Source: Methylocystis sp.
Lineage (GTDB): Bacteria > Pseudomonadota > Alphaproteobacteria > Rhizobiales > Beijerinckiaceae
Length of the DNA stretch: 32,000 nucleotides
NCBI RefSeq assembly: GCF_051061225.1
Contig: NZ_JBPFEB010000129.1
Coordinates: 87,294 to 119,293, forward strand
Direction: 5' to 3'
Part shown: piece by piece, positions 8,910 to 17,531 of the stretch
Layout of the letters: every line of letters begins with the position of its first letter
How positions within the stretch are numbered: the first letter of the stretch is position 1
The notes under the pieces: generated by a model
What the model was told of the DNA's origin: nothing
Databases searched by the model: none
What the model saw: only the letters and a program-made list of their open reading frames with translations
Position numbers and translations under genes: made by a program

Positions 8910-9239
8910 ATGGGTGACGCTGTTCTGAACGAAACCGCTCCAGCGATTGGCGAAGCTCTTGCGATCGCCCTCAACACCCTTGGCGAATGCCACGTTCCCA
9001 TGAAAGTGCCGTTTTCGTTCAAAGGGTGTTCTTATCCCTATGCGTCGCTTCGCGTCCCAACCGGGCGAGACTTTCGCGATTGGAACGCTCTGCCAGAACG
9101 GGCTCGCACAGCGCACGCATGGCTCAAGCTCGTTCTTGCCGCTCCGGTTGAAATTCTCGACGAAATGCACGCCGCCGACTATGTCGAATGCCTCAACGCG
9201 TTGAAAAATCATGCACATCAGCCGAACGTCGATCTTTGA
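8910..9239 (+). CDS. Phage tail assembly chaperone-like protein (tentative)
   Basis: 109 aa. The pattern VPFSFKG...ASLRVPTGRDFRDW...LDEMHAADYVECLNAL resembles gpE/gp41-type tail assembly proteins. Its 3' end runs into the duplicated MuB-like segment, so the C-terminus is chimeric. Confidence 0.35.
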   Translation: MGDAVLNETAPAIGEALAIALNTLGECHVPMKVPFSFKGCSYPYASLRVPTGRDFRDWNALPERARTAHAWLKLVLAAPVEILDEMHAADYVECLNALKNHAHQPNVDL

Positions 9240-9601
9240 AGCGGTTGATGACACGGTCCACATCGTCGATCACATCAAGTCGATTGCTGCGGCGATCAAG
9301 GCCCGGCCGCGATTGGCGAGACAACTGCGGTTGAATATCTGGCAAACAAAATAAGCAAGAGTTTCGGGAGCACAGGGAAGCTTCAAAGCGGGTTGCGCGC
9401 TACTTCCATCGTATTTGGGTAGCCAGCTTCTCAACGAAATGGTGGATGCGCCTGACCGCTTTCGCTCCCAGGTCATTCGTCTGCGGCAATGACGACGTGT
9501 TGAAGCGCAGATGTGTTTCGAAAGGGGCATTCGAGCAAGTCACCAGCCGTCTGGCTAAGCGAAAGTTTTTAATGGCGGCCAAGACGACTTCAAAACCATA
9601 G
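9211..9601 (+). pseudogene. MuB-like / AAA+ transposition ATPase, decayed copy 2
   Basis: The nucleotide paralogue of 7420-7645 starts with MHISRTSIFEAVDDTVHIVDHIKSIAAAI. A 1-nt deletion (ATCAAG versus ATCATAG) breaks the frame before the Walker A box, whose Lys codon is also changed (GGCGAGACA versus GGCAAGACA). Downstream frames still read ...FVCGNDDVLKRR...FEQVTSRLAKRKFL. Confidence 0.45.
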
Positions 9602-10284
9602 CGATTGATCGAGATGTCTGCGGGCTTGAAGCTCATAAAGCTAGTGCTAATTACGGTGGGGCCTTGTTGCCGAATGTTGACGAGCGAACAAGACGTCGAT
9701 GAAAATAGCGTGACGACGAGTTTCTGCGACGTTAGTGTGCAGTCTTGGCCTCTATGTCCTCGATCGCAAACCGAGGCCGCTTGGTAATGCCACGAAGTTG
9801 AGTGAGAACTCGCGGGAGGCGCTGCCGGCGCAGAGCATGCGCCCGACCGTTCAAATAGCAGGCGAGCCGCTTCCCAATAGTGACGTCACACCAACTGGCG
9901 GCGAGGCTTATTCAATCGAGAGGCGCTTTCTCGCGCTCGATCCGCATTGAGGCGACATCGCGCTCTGGCTGTCAGTTTCGATGACGGGCGCGTCATGGTT
10001 GCGGAGCCCTGCGCTCGCGCTGGCCCCGCGCATGCAACTTGCGCGTTCACGAAACCGTCAGGCGCCGCCACTGCGCTATTGAGATTATCACATAGCTATC
10101 TCTCGTCATACGATCCTCGCCGGGAAAGTCATCCGCGCGCTCAACTTCCGGGCGCGCTGCCCCATGCCGCTATGATTTGCGGGGAAAGCGAGCGTCAGAG
10201 CGTTTGCATTCGTCATTAAATTGCATCACACTTGAGCTAGACAATTTGCCGAGATTTTCTAAGACAGTTTGGGAACGAGACGAT

Positions 10285-11898
10285 ATGACCTCCAATGTTG
10301 GTGCGCGTGCGCTCGATGTCCGGCAAGCAAGCGCCGTCGAGGGCTATCTGAGCAAGGTGGCGGCCGCGGTGTCGACGACCGATCGCCCAATCGCAGTTCA
10401 TCGTTCGGAGAACGACCTGCACACGCCTGTCATTGTCGAACGTTCCAACGACGTATCCACTTATTTGAATAGCTCACTATTCGCGCTCCTGCCGCCGATT
10501 TATCCCGAATGGCTCGGCGATCGAAGCTTCAATGAGACCCATGGGGCGCGATTTGCTTACGTCGTGGGCGAAATGGCGCGTGGAATCACATCGGCAAAGA
10601 TGGTGATCGAAGCGGCGAGAGCCGGGTTTGTCGGTTTCTTCGGTAGCGCGGGACTCGAGCCGCCCCAGATCCGCACAGCGCTCGAGGAGATAAAGTGCGC
10701 GCTCGGTCCCGAAGCAACAGGCTGGGGCGCGAATCTCATTCACAATCCCGACCGGCCGGACATGGAGCGCGCGACGGTTGAGTTTTTTCTCGAGCACCGC
10801 GTAAAGCGCGTTTCGGCGTCAGCTTTCATGCGGCTATCGCATGATGTCGCGCACTATTCGATCGCGGGATTGGCGCGTGATTCAAATGGCCGGATCAGCC
10901 GAAGCACGCACGTCTTCGCGAAGGTGTCGCGGCCCGAGGTTGCGAGACAATTCATGTCGCCCGCTCCAAGCGACATGTTGAGGGAGCTTGTCGCGGCCGG
11001 ACGCATCACGTCGGAACAGTCGGAATTGGCACAATCAGCGCCTGTCGCAGAGGACGTCACGGTCGAAGGCGATTCCGGGGGACATACCGACAATCGTCCG
11101 ATTGCTTCGCTCTTTCCCGTCATCGCCAATCTGCGCGACGATCTCGCCGCGCGGCATGGCTACGTCCGCCCAATTCGTCTCGGCTTGGCTGGCGGGCTCG
11201 GCGCGCCATCTGCGATCGCCGCCGCGTTTCAGCAAGGCGCGGCCTATGTCATGACGGGCTCCATCAACCAGAGCGCGATAGAGGCCGGCGTTTCGAGCGC
11301 CGCGCGCGCGCTGTTGGCTCAAGCCGAAATCGCGGATGTCACAATGGCGCCCGCCGCCGATATGTTCGAACTGGGCGTCAAGGTGCAGGTGCTGAAGCGC
11401 GGCACGATGTTCGCGACAAGAGGCCAGAAGCTCTACGAGCTGTACCGTCGTTACGACTCGCTCGAGGCGCTTCCCGACAAGGAACGGCGCTGGCTGGAAA
11501 CCCAGGTGCTTCGAGAGTCGGTCTCGGATGCCTGGGCAAACTGCCGCGACTATCTCAGGCGCGCCCATCCGACGCAGATGGCGCGGGCGGAGCATGACGC
11601 GAAATTGCGTATGGCGCTGGTCTTCCGGCGCTACCTCTTCCTCGGCGCCGAATGGGCGCGCGACGGCGCCGACGACCGCCGCATCGACTATCAAATCTGG
11701 TGCGGCCCGGCGATGGGCGCTTTTAACGACTGGGTGCGGGGGAGCGCGCTCGAGCCTATCGGGAGTCGAACCGTCGCGGCGATTGGGCGCAATCTTCTCG
11801 AAGGCGCCGCGGCGATCACGCGCGCGCATCAATTGCGAATGGCCGGGGTGCATGTTCCGGCCGAGTTCTTCTCGATGCCGCCGAAACACATGGGTTAG
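10285..11898 (+). CDS. pfaD: PfaD-type enoyl reductase (FMN-dependent, NMO-fold trans-acting ER of PUFA/polyketide synthases)
   Basis: 537 aa. Contains FAYVVGEMARGITSAKMVIEAARAGFVGFFGSAGL, VEGDSGGHTDNRP and GLAGGLGAPSAIAAAF..GAAYVMTGSINQ, which are characteristic of PfaD. Start is trimmed to ATG 10285 (GGGAACGAGA upstream). The stop is 8 nt before the next gene. Confidence 0.85.
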   Translation: MTSNVGARALDVRQASAVEGYLSKVAAAVSTTDRPIAVHRSENDLHTPVIVERSNDVSTYLNSSLFALLPPIYPEWLGDRSFNETHGARFAYVVGEMARGITSAKMVIEAARAGFVGFFGSAGLEPPQIRTALEEIKCALGPEATGWGANLIHNPDRPDMERATVEFFLEHRVKRVSASAFMRLSHDVAHYSIAGLARDSNGRISRSTHVFAKVSRPEVARQFMSPAPSDMLRELVAAGRITSEQSELAQSAPVAEDVTVEGDSGGHTDNRPIASLFPVIANLRDDLAARHGYVRPIRLGLAGGLGAPSAIAAAFQQGAAYVMTGSINQSAIEAGVSSAARALLAQAEIADVTMAPAADMFELGVKVQVLKRGTMFATRGQKLYELYRRYDSLEALPDKERRWLETQVLRESVSDAWANCRDYLRRAHPTQMARAEHDAKLRMALVFRRYLFLGAEWARDGADDRRIDYQIWCGPAMGAFNDWVRGSALEPIGSRTVAAIGRNLLEGAAAITRAHQLRMAGVHVPAEFFSMPPKHMG

Positions 11899-11906
11899 GA
11901 CGAGCG

Positions 11907-14900
11907 ATGCGTGATTATCTGGAGCGACCGCCAATCGCAATCGTCGGGGTCGGCGCGATGTTTCCCGGTCGCGGCGGCACCGTGGGTTTCTGGCGCGATC
12001 TGGTCGAGGGGAGAGACGCCATCACCGAAGTTCCTCCGACGCATTGGGCGGTGGAGGATTATTACGACCCCGATCCGAAGGCGCCCGACAAGACCTATTG
12101 TAAGCGCGGCGCCTTCATTCCGGCCTTTCCGTTCGACCCCGTCGAGTTCGGCGTTCCGCCGAATGTCATCGAGGCGACGGACACATTTCAGTTGCTCGCG
12201 CTCCACGTCGCCAAGGAAGTGATCGCCGAGGCTGGCAAGGCGCGCTTTGGCCATATCGACCGCGAGCGCACCAGCGTGGTCCTCGGCGTGGCCGTCGGCT
12301 CCGAACTCATGACGGATATGTCGGCGCGCCTCTTTCGCCCTGTTTGGCTGAAGGCGTTGCGCGAGGCGGGCGTCGGCGAAACCAAGGCGCTCGCGATTTG
12401 CGATCGGATCAGCTCCCATTTCGGCGAATGGCGGGAAAGCACATTTCCTGGCCTGCTCGGCAATGTCGTCGCCGGCCGGATCACCAATCGGCTCGATATT
12501 GGAGGGACAAATTTCACCGCCGACGCCGCCTGCGCCAGTTCGCTCGCCGCCTTGCGTCACGCGGTTCAGGAGCTTTGGCTCGGCGAGTCGGATCTCGTCC
12601 TCACCGGCGGGTCCGACGCGCTGAACAATATTTTCATGTATATGTGCTTTTCAAAGACGCCCGCGATGTCGCCGACGGGTGACTGCCGTCCCTTCTCGGA
12701 AAGCGCCGACGGCACCATTCTCGGCGAGGGCGCGGGCATCTTCGCCCTGCGTCGTCTCGCGGACGCGGAACGCGACGGCGACACCATCTACGCCGTGATC
12801 CGCGGCGTCGGCGCGTCCTCCGACGGGCGCGCCAACAGCGTCTACGCGCCGCGCGCCGAGGGCCAGGCGCTCGCCTTGAAGCGCGCTTATCAACAAGCAG
12901 GATATTCGCCCCGCTCGGTCGAGCTTGTCGAGGCTCACGGAACGGGAACCCGCGCGGGCGACGCGGCTGAGTTCGCGGGCCTTTCCGAAGTCTTCAAGGC
13001 GGCGGACCCTTCGGGCCGCCAGTGGTGCGCCCTCGGCTCGATCAAATCGCAGATCGGCCACACGAAGTCTGCGGCGGGCGCGGCGGGGCTGATGAAGGCG
13101 GTTCTCGCGCTGCATCACAAGGTTTTGCCGCCGACATTGAAAGCCGAGCGCCCAAGCGCCAAGCTCGGCGTCGAGACCTCGCCCTTCTACCTGATCACAC
13201 AGGCCCGGCCATGGATTCATGCGCCGCTCGAGCCGCGCCGGGCTTCCGTCAGCTCCTTCGGTTTCGGGGGGAGCAACTTTCACGTGACGCTCGAGGAGTA
13301 TCACGGACCCGCGCCAAAGCCGGCGAGATTTCGCGCATTCGCCGCCGAACTCGTTCTGCTCTCGGGCGACAGCGCCGCGGCTCTCGTTGAAAGAGCGAGA
13401 TCCCTGGCGCAAAGCACGCAGCGCGACGACAGCCTGGCGCCTGCGGCCGCGAAAAGCTGCGGCGAATTCGACGCGACTGAGCCGCACCGCCTGGCTGTGG
13501 TCGCGTCGTCAGCGGCGGAGCTGCAATCGAGGATCGGCGAGGCTGTCCGCCAGATCGAAAAAGGAGCGGCCTTCGCGACTCCCGACGTCGCCTATGGGAG
13601 CGGCGCGCGCGCGACTGGCGCGATCGCCTTTCTTTTCTCCGGACAAGGCAGCCAATACCCGAATATGGGCGGCAGTCTCGCAATGGCCTTCGACGATGCT
13701 CGCAAGCCGTTTGACGACCTGGCCGGCGCTGCGCTCTTCGACGGCGAGTCGCTTCACGACATCGTCTTTCCAAAGTCAGCCGGTCGCGACGGGGACAGCG
13801 CTCGCCACGCTGCCGCGTTGACCGCAACGGAGAATGCGCAGCCCGCCATCGCCGCCGTCCAACTTGCGCATCTCGCGCTCTTGCGACGTCTTGGCGTCGC
13901 GCCGGACGCCGTCGCCGGGCATAGCTTCGGCGAAGTGATGGCGCTCCACGCGGCAGGCTGTTTCGACGCGCCGGCCGCCGTGCGACTGGCGCGTCAACGG
14001 GGCCTCGCGATGCGAGACGCCGCGCGCGGCGCCGAGGGCGCCATGCTGGCGGTGCAGCTCAATGTGGAGTCGGTTCGCGCCATGCTGGCGAAATCGAACT
14101 CGAAAGCGGTCATCGGAAACGATAACAGCCCCCGACAAGTGATCCTGTCGGGAAGCGTTGTCGACATCGAGATCGCCGCACGGGAGTTCGCCGCCGCGGG
14201 CGTCGACGTCAAGCAGCTTCCTGTCGCGACCGCCTTCCATTCGCCGATCGTCGCCGGCGCGGTCGACTCCATGCGACGCGCAATTGGAGCAATCGCCTTC
14301 GCCCCTCCATCCCTGCCTGTTTACGCCAACGCGACGGCGGCGCGTTATCCAGATCGAAGCGACGCGGCGGCGGAACAGCTCGCCCGCCAAATCGGCGAAG
14401 CCGTGCGGTTTCGGGAACTCGTCGAGACGATGTACCGCGACGGCGTCCGTACGTTCATCGAAATCGGGCCGGGTTCGATCCTGACGGGACTTGTCGGGCA
14501 GATTCTCGCCTCGAAAGAGCACCTCGCGCTTGCCCTCGACAACAAGCGCGCCGATGGCGTCGTGCAATTGCTGCGCTGCCTCGGCAGGCTCGCGGTCGCG
14601 GGCGTTCGCATGGACTTCACACTCTTGACGGAAGGCTGGCGCGGCTTGGCGGAGCCGCCTGTCCCCCCAAAGCACGCGGTTTGGCTTTGCGGCTCCAATC
14701 ACAACAAGCCGCGTCCCACGAAACTTGCGGACGAACTGACTGCGCCGGAGCCGGTCGGCGGCGTCGAGGCCGCCCGCGACCAGGCGCCCGCCCAAGGCGA
14801 TCAAGCCGACATGGCGGCCGCGCCGAGCCCGCTCGCCGCCGACGCGATCATGCCCTTGGAGCCGCTCGCGCGAGGCGCCGCTTCCGAACAGCGAGCGAAC

Positions 14901-17531
14901 CAATCGACGGCGCCCGCGCGCGCGCCCTTTGACCGAGAGGGGCCTTTGAGCGTGCTCCAACCCCAATCCGAGGAGCCTGAAATGACGAGTGAAGAGATGT
15001 TGGCGTTGCGCGCCATGCAGGAGACCGCCGCTTTGGAGCATCGGCGCTTTCTGGAGACGATCTCTCAAGCCCATCTGAGTTTCCTGCAGCTTTGCGACTC
15101 CGCGGTGGCGCAGGCGCGGGAGCTGCGCACCGATCGCAGTGTCACGCTGACAAGCCACAACGACGCGGCCGCATTGCGCATTGCAGGCCCGGCGGACGAC
15201 GCCCCGCGCCGCGCGGCAGGCGCTTCGGCGCCGCCCCTTGCGCTCCAACCACCGGCCGCGTCGGAGCGGCGCGCCGATATGGCGACCCCCGGCGCGCGGG
15301 ACCTCGAGGAGGTGGCGGCGCTCGCCGACACTCCGGTTCCAATCGTCGAACCGACGCCGCCGCTGGCGGCGCCAACGCCCGCCACGGATATGCGCCTCGC
15401 CGAGATCGTTCGCGAGATCGTCGCCGAGAAGACCGGCTATCCCGCCGAGATGCTCGACATCGACATGGAGCTGGAGGCCGAACTCGGCGTCGACTCCATC
15501 AAGCAGGTGGAGATTCTCGCGGCCTTGCGCGAGCGTCTGCCCGCTGTGCCGGAAATCACTCCCGCGCGGCTCGCCGAGTTGCGGAGCCTGCGCCAGATCG
15601 CCGCCGCGCTGGGGGAATCGAGCCCGCAGGATGGCCCGGCGACGGCGCTCGCCGCCACGCCGGTTCCAATTGCCGAACCGACGCCGCCGCTGGCGGCCCC
15701 AACGCCCGCCACGGATATGCGCCTGGCCGAGATCGTTCGCGAGATCGTCGCCGAGAAGACCGGCTATCCCGCCGAGATGCTTGAGTTCGACATGGAGCTG
15801 GAGGCCGAACTCGGCGTCGACTCGATCAAGCAGGTCGAGATCCTCGCGGCCTTGCGCGAGCGTCTGCCGGATATGCCGGAAATCGCCCCCGCGCGGCTCG
15901 CGGAGTTGCGCAGCCTGCGCCAGATCGCCGCCGCGCTGGCGCCCGCCGGGACGCCGAACGGACGCTCAGCGGCGTCGCTTGGGAGCGAAGCGGATAACCT
16001 CGCGCGCAAAAGCGGGGTTTACCGCCAGATCGTTGTGCTCGAGGACCGCGCGGCCAGTGGACGGCCGATGCCCGGCTTCGGCGCCCGCGCGCGCATCGCC
16101 GTGACGGAGGATCATGTCCGGCTGGCCGAGGCCCTGGTGAGCGAGCTCAGCCAGCATGGCTTCGAGGCCGGAGTCGGACTTGCCGCACGCGACGACGCCT
16201 CCATCGTGATTTCCACGGCCGGTCTCGCGGATCACCTCGATCCGGAGTCCGTCCATCTCGCGGCGCTTCGGGCGGCTCGCGCCCTCGCGCCCCGTGTTGA
16301 CGCGGGCGGCGCGGTATTCGTGACCCTGCAGGACACGGGCGGCCGCTTTGCGCGGGATCTGGAGTCAATCGAGCCGGCCTGGCGGAGCGGGTTGACGGGG
16401 CTGGTCAAAACCGCGCGGTTCGAATGGCCGGAGGCGGCGGTCAAGGCGATCGACGTCGAACGCGCCGGACAGTCCAACAAGGATGTGGCGCGGCGCGTCG
16501 TGGACGAACTGTTGCAGGGTGGCCCCGACATCGAGGTCGGTCTGCCGGCCAATGGCCAGCGGCTGGTTCCCGTCGTGAAAACCGCGCCCTTGGGCGAGAT
16601 CGCCGCGCCGCGCCTGCGCGACGGGCTTGTTGTCGTGGCAAGCGGCGGCGGCCGGGGGGTGACCGCGGAATCGATCATCCGTCTCGCCGGCGCCGCCCGG
16701 ATGCGCTTCGCATTGCTGGGCCGCACGGAGCTCGCCGAATGGCCAGCCGACATCGCGCCGGACGCGAAGCCCGCTGACATCCGCGCCATCCTCGCCAGAC
16801 AAGCGGCGGCGAATGGCCAAAAGCCCAGTCCGCGCGAAATTGGCCGAGTGACGGACCGGCTGATCGCCTCGCGCGAGATCAGGGAGACGATGAAGCGCAT
16901 CGAGGCGGCCGGATCCGAGGCGCTCTACAAGTCGGCCGACGTGGGCGACGAGGCCGCCGTCACACGCGCGCTAAACGAGATTCGCGGCGCCTGGGGGTCG
17001 ATCAACGGGCTGGCGCACGGGGCCGGACTCCTCGCCGACAAATTGATCAAGGACAAGACCGACGAGCAGGCTTCGCTGGTGTTTCGCGCCAAGGCGGGCG
17101 GCCTCGCCGCGCTCATCGGCGCGCTGAGGGACGATCCTCTGGAATTCGTCACCTTGTTCTCCTCGATCGCGGCGCGCTACGGCAATCCGGGCCAGGCGGA
17201 TTACGCGATGGCCAATGAAATCCTCAACCGTGTCGCATGGGTCCTGGCGAAGACGCGCCGCGCCTGCCGCGTGACCTCCATCAACTGGGGACCGTGGGAG
17301 GGCGGCATGGCGCACGACCTCATCCGCGCCCAATTTGCCGCGCGCGGCGTGCCGATCGCGCCGGTGAGCGTCGGCGCGGACGGCTTTGTGCGCGAGGTCG
17401 CGGGGGGCGACGGCCACGTCGAAATCGTCTTCGCCGGCCTCCCCGACACCGTCGAACGATCGAACGCGGCCGCACGTCCCGAATCCTATCCGCGCGTCGA
17501 CGCGATCGCATTGGGGAGCGCGAACCGATGA
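11907..17531 (+). CDS. pfaA: PfaA-like multidomain synthase: KS - malonyl-CoA:ACP transacylase - ACP - ACP - KR (no terminal DH)
   Basis: KS: DAACASS (Cys209, nt 12531-12533), EAHGTGT, GSIKSQIGHTKSAAG. MAT: FLFSGQGSQYPNMG, GHSFGE (Ser673, nt 13923-13925). Two ACPs: LGVDSIKQVEIL (Ser1197, Ser1306). KR: VVVASGGGRGVT Rossmann motif and FSSIAARYGNPGQADYAMANE. ATG 11907 has AGGA 6 nt upstream. Confidence 0.9.
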   Translation: MRDYLERPPIAIVGVGAMFPGRGGTVGFWRDLVEGRDAITEVPPTHWAVEDYYDPDPKAPDKTYCKRGAFIPAFPFDPVEFGVPPNVIEATDTFQLLALHVAKEVIAEAGKARFGHIDRERTSVVLGVAVGSELMTDMSARLFRPVWLKALREAGVGETKALAICDRISSHFGEWRESTFPGLLGNVVAGRITNRLDIGGTNFTADAACASSLAALRHAVQELWLGESDLVLTGGSDALNNIFMYMCFSKTPAMSPTGDCRPFSESADGTILGEGAGIFALRRLADAERDGDTIYAVIRGVGASSDGRANSVYAPRAEGQALALKRAYQQAGYSPRSVELVEAHGTGTRAGDAAEFAGLSEVFKAADPSGRQWCALGSIKSQIGHTKSAAGAAGLMKAVLALHHKVLPPTLKAERPSAKLGVETSPFYLITQARPWIHAPLEPRRASVSSFGFGGSNFHVTLEEYHGPAPKPARFRAFAAELVLLSGDSAAALVERARSLAQSTQRDDSLAPAAAKSCGEFDATEPHRLAVVASSAAELQSRIGEAVRQIEKGAAFATPDVAYGSGARATGAIAFLFSGQGSQYPNMGGSLAMAFDDARKPFDDLAGAALFDGESLHDIVFPKSAGRDGDSARHAAALTATENAQPAIAAVQLAHLALLRRLGVAPDAVAGHSFGEVMALHAAGCFDAPAAVRLARQRGLAMRDAARGAEGAMLAVQLNVESVRAMLAKSNSKAVIGNDNSPRQVILSGSVVDIEIAAREFAAAGVDVKQLPVATAFHSPIVAGAVDSMRRAIGAIAFAPPSLPVYANATAARYPDRSDAAAEQLARQIGEAVRFRELVETMYRDGVRTFIEIGPGSILTGLVGQILASKEHLALALDNKRADGVVQLLRCLGRLAVAGVRMDFTLLTEGWRGLAEPPVPPKHAVWLCGSNHNKPRPTKLADELTAPEPVGGVEAARDQAPAQGDQADMAAAPSPLAADAIMPLEPLARGAASEQRANQSTAPARAPFDREGPLSVLQPQSEEPEMTSEEMLALRAMQETAALEHRRFLETISQAHLSFLQLCDSAVAQARELRTDRSVTLTSHNDAAALRIAGPADDAPRRAAGASAPPLALQPPAASERRADMATPGARDLEEVAALADTPVPIVEPTPPLAAPTPATDMRLAEIVREIVAEKTGYPAEMLDIDMELEAELGVDSIKQVEILAALRERLPAVPEITPARLAELRSLRQIAAALGESSPQDGPATALAATPVPIAEPTPPLAAPTPATDMRLAEIVREIVAEKTGYPAEMLEFDMELEAELGVDSIKQVEILAALRERLPDMPEIAPARLAELRSLRQIAAALAPAGTPNGRSAASLGSEADNLARKSGVYRQIVVLEDRAASGRPMPGFGARARIAVTEDHVRLAEALVSELSQHGFEAGVGLAARDDASIVISTAGLADHLDPESVHLAALRAARALAPRVDAGGAVFVTLQDTGGRFARDLESIEPAWRSGLTGLVKTARFEWPEAAVKAIDVERAGQSNKDVARRVVDELLQGGPDIEVGLPANGQRLVPVVKTAPLGEIAAPRLRDGLVVVASGGGRGVTAESIIRLAGAARMRFALLGRTELAEWPADIAPDAKPADIRAILARQAAANGQKPSPREIGRVTDRLIASREIRETMKRIEAAGSEALYKSADVGDEAAVTRALNEIRGAWGSINGLAHGAGLLADKLIKDKTDEQASLVFRAKAGGLAALIGALRDDPLEFVTLFSSIAARYGNPGQADYAMANEILNRVAWVLAKTRRACRVTSINWGPWEGGMAHDLIRAQFAARGVPIAPVSVGADGFVREVAGGDGHVEIVFAGLPDTVERSNAAARPESYPRVDAIALGSANR
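15321..15939 (+). repeat. Tandem 327-bp duplication encoding the two ACP domains and their Pro/Ala linkers
   Basis: 15321-15612 and 15648-15939 align with only scattered mismatches, well above 90% identity by eye. The phosphopantetheine-Ser codons are 327 nt apart. Confidence 0.9.

Larger units (their letters stand above)
6386..9640. mobile_element. Degraded Mu-like transposable-prophage remnant
   Basis: GC drop begins at TGTATTTTTCATGG (6386). The region contains a MuA-like HTH fragment, two MuB-like ATPase fragments, a frameshifted Mu gpT-like head gene and a tail-chaperone-like ORF. No intact transposase or structural module remains. Boundaries are approximate. Confidence 0.55.

Noticed and set aside
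9697-9710. Candidate Mu right end (CGATGAAAATAGCG versus the reverse complement of the putative left end, CCATGAAAAATACA)
   Set aside because: The match is only about 10 of 14 with a gap and has no terminal CA. The right boundary of the phage remnant cannot be fixed from the sequence.
9735-9905. Minus-strand frame reading …TIGKRLACYLNGRAHALRRQRLPRVLTQLRGITKRPRFAIEDIEAKTAH, a possible HTH regulator remnant
   Set aside because: It has no start codon and is under 60 aa. The resemblance to XRE or Ner HTH proteins is vague. It could be phage debris but cannot be supported.
15321-15939. Possible CRISPR or other non-coding repeat array
   Set aside because: There are only two units. The period is 327 bp, in frame, and each unit encodes an ACP with the DSIK phosphopantetheine site. 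This is a coding tandem domain duplication.
17237-17527. N-terminal extensions suggested by the ORF track (17237 for KS-CLF-AT; likewise 21432-21560, 25054-25179, 29354-29506, 6244-6291, 10177-10284)
   Set aside because: The extensions are Arg-rich nonsense, overlap upstream genes or lack an RBS. In each case an internal ATG with an RBS begins exactly at the conserved N-terminus (PIAIVG KS start, GxGxxG fold, lipoprotein signal peptide, LexA MLTKKQ).
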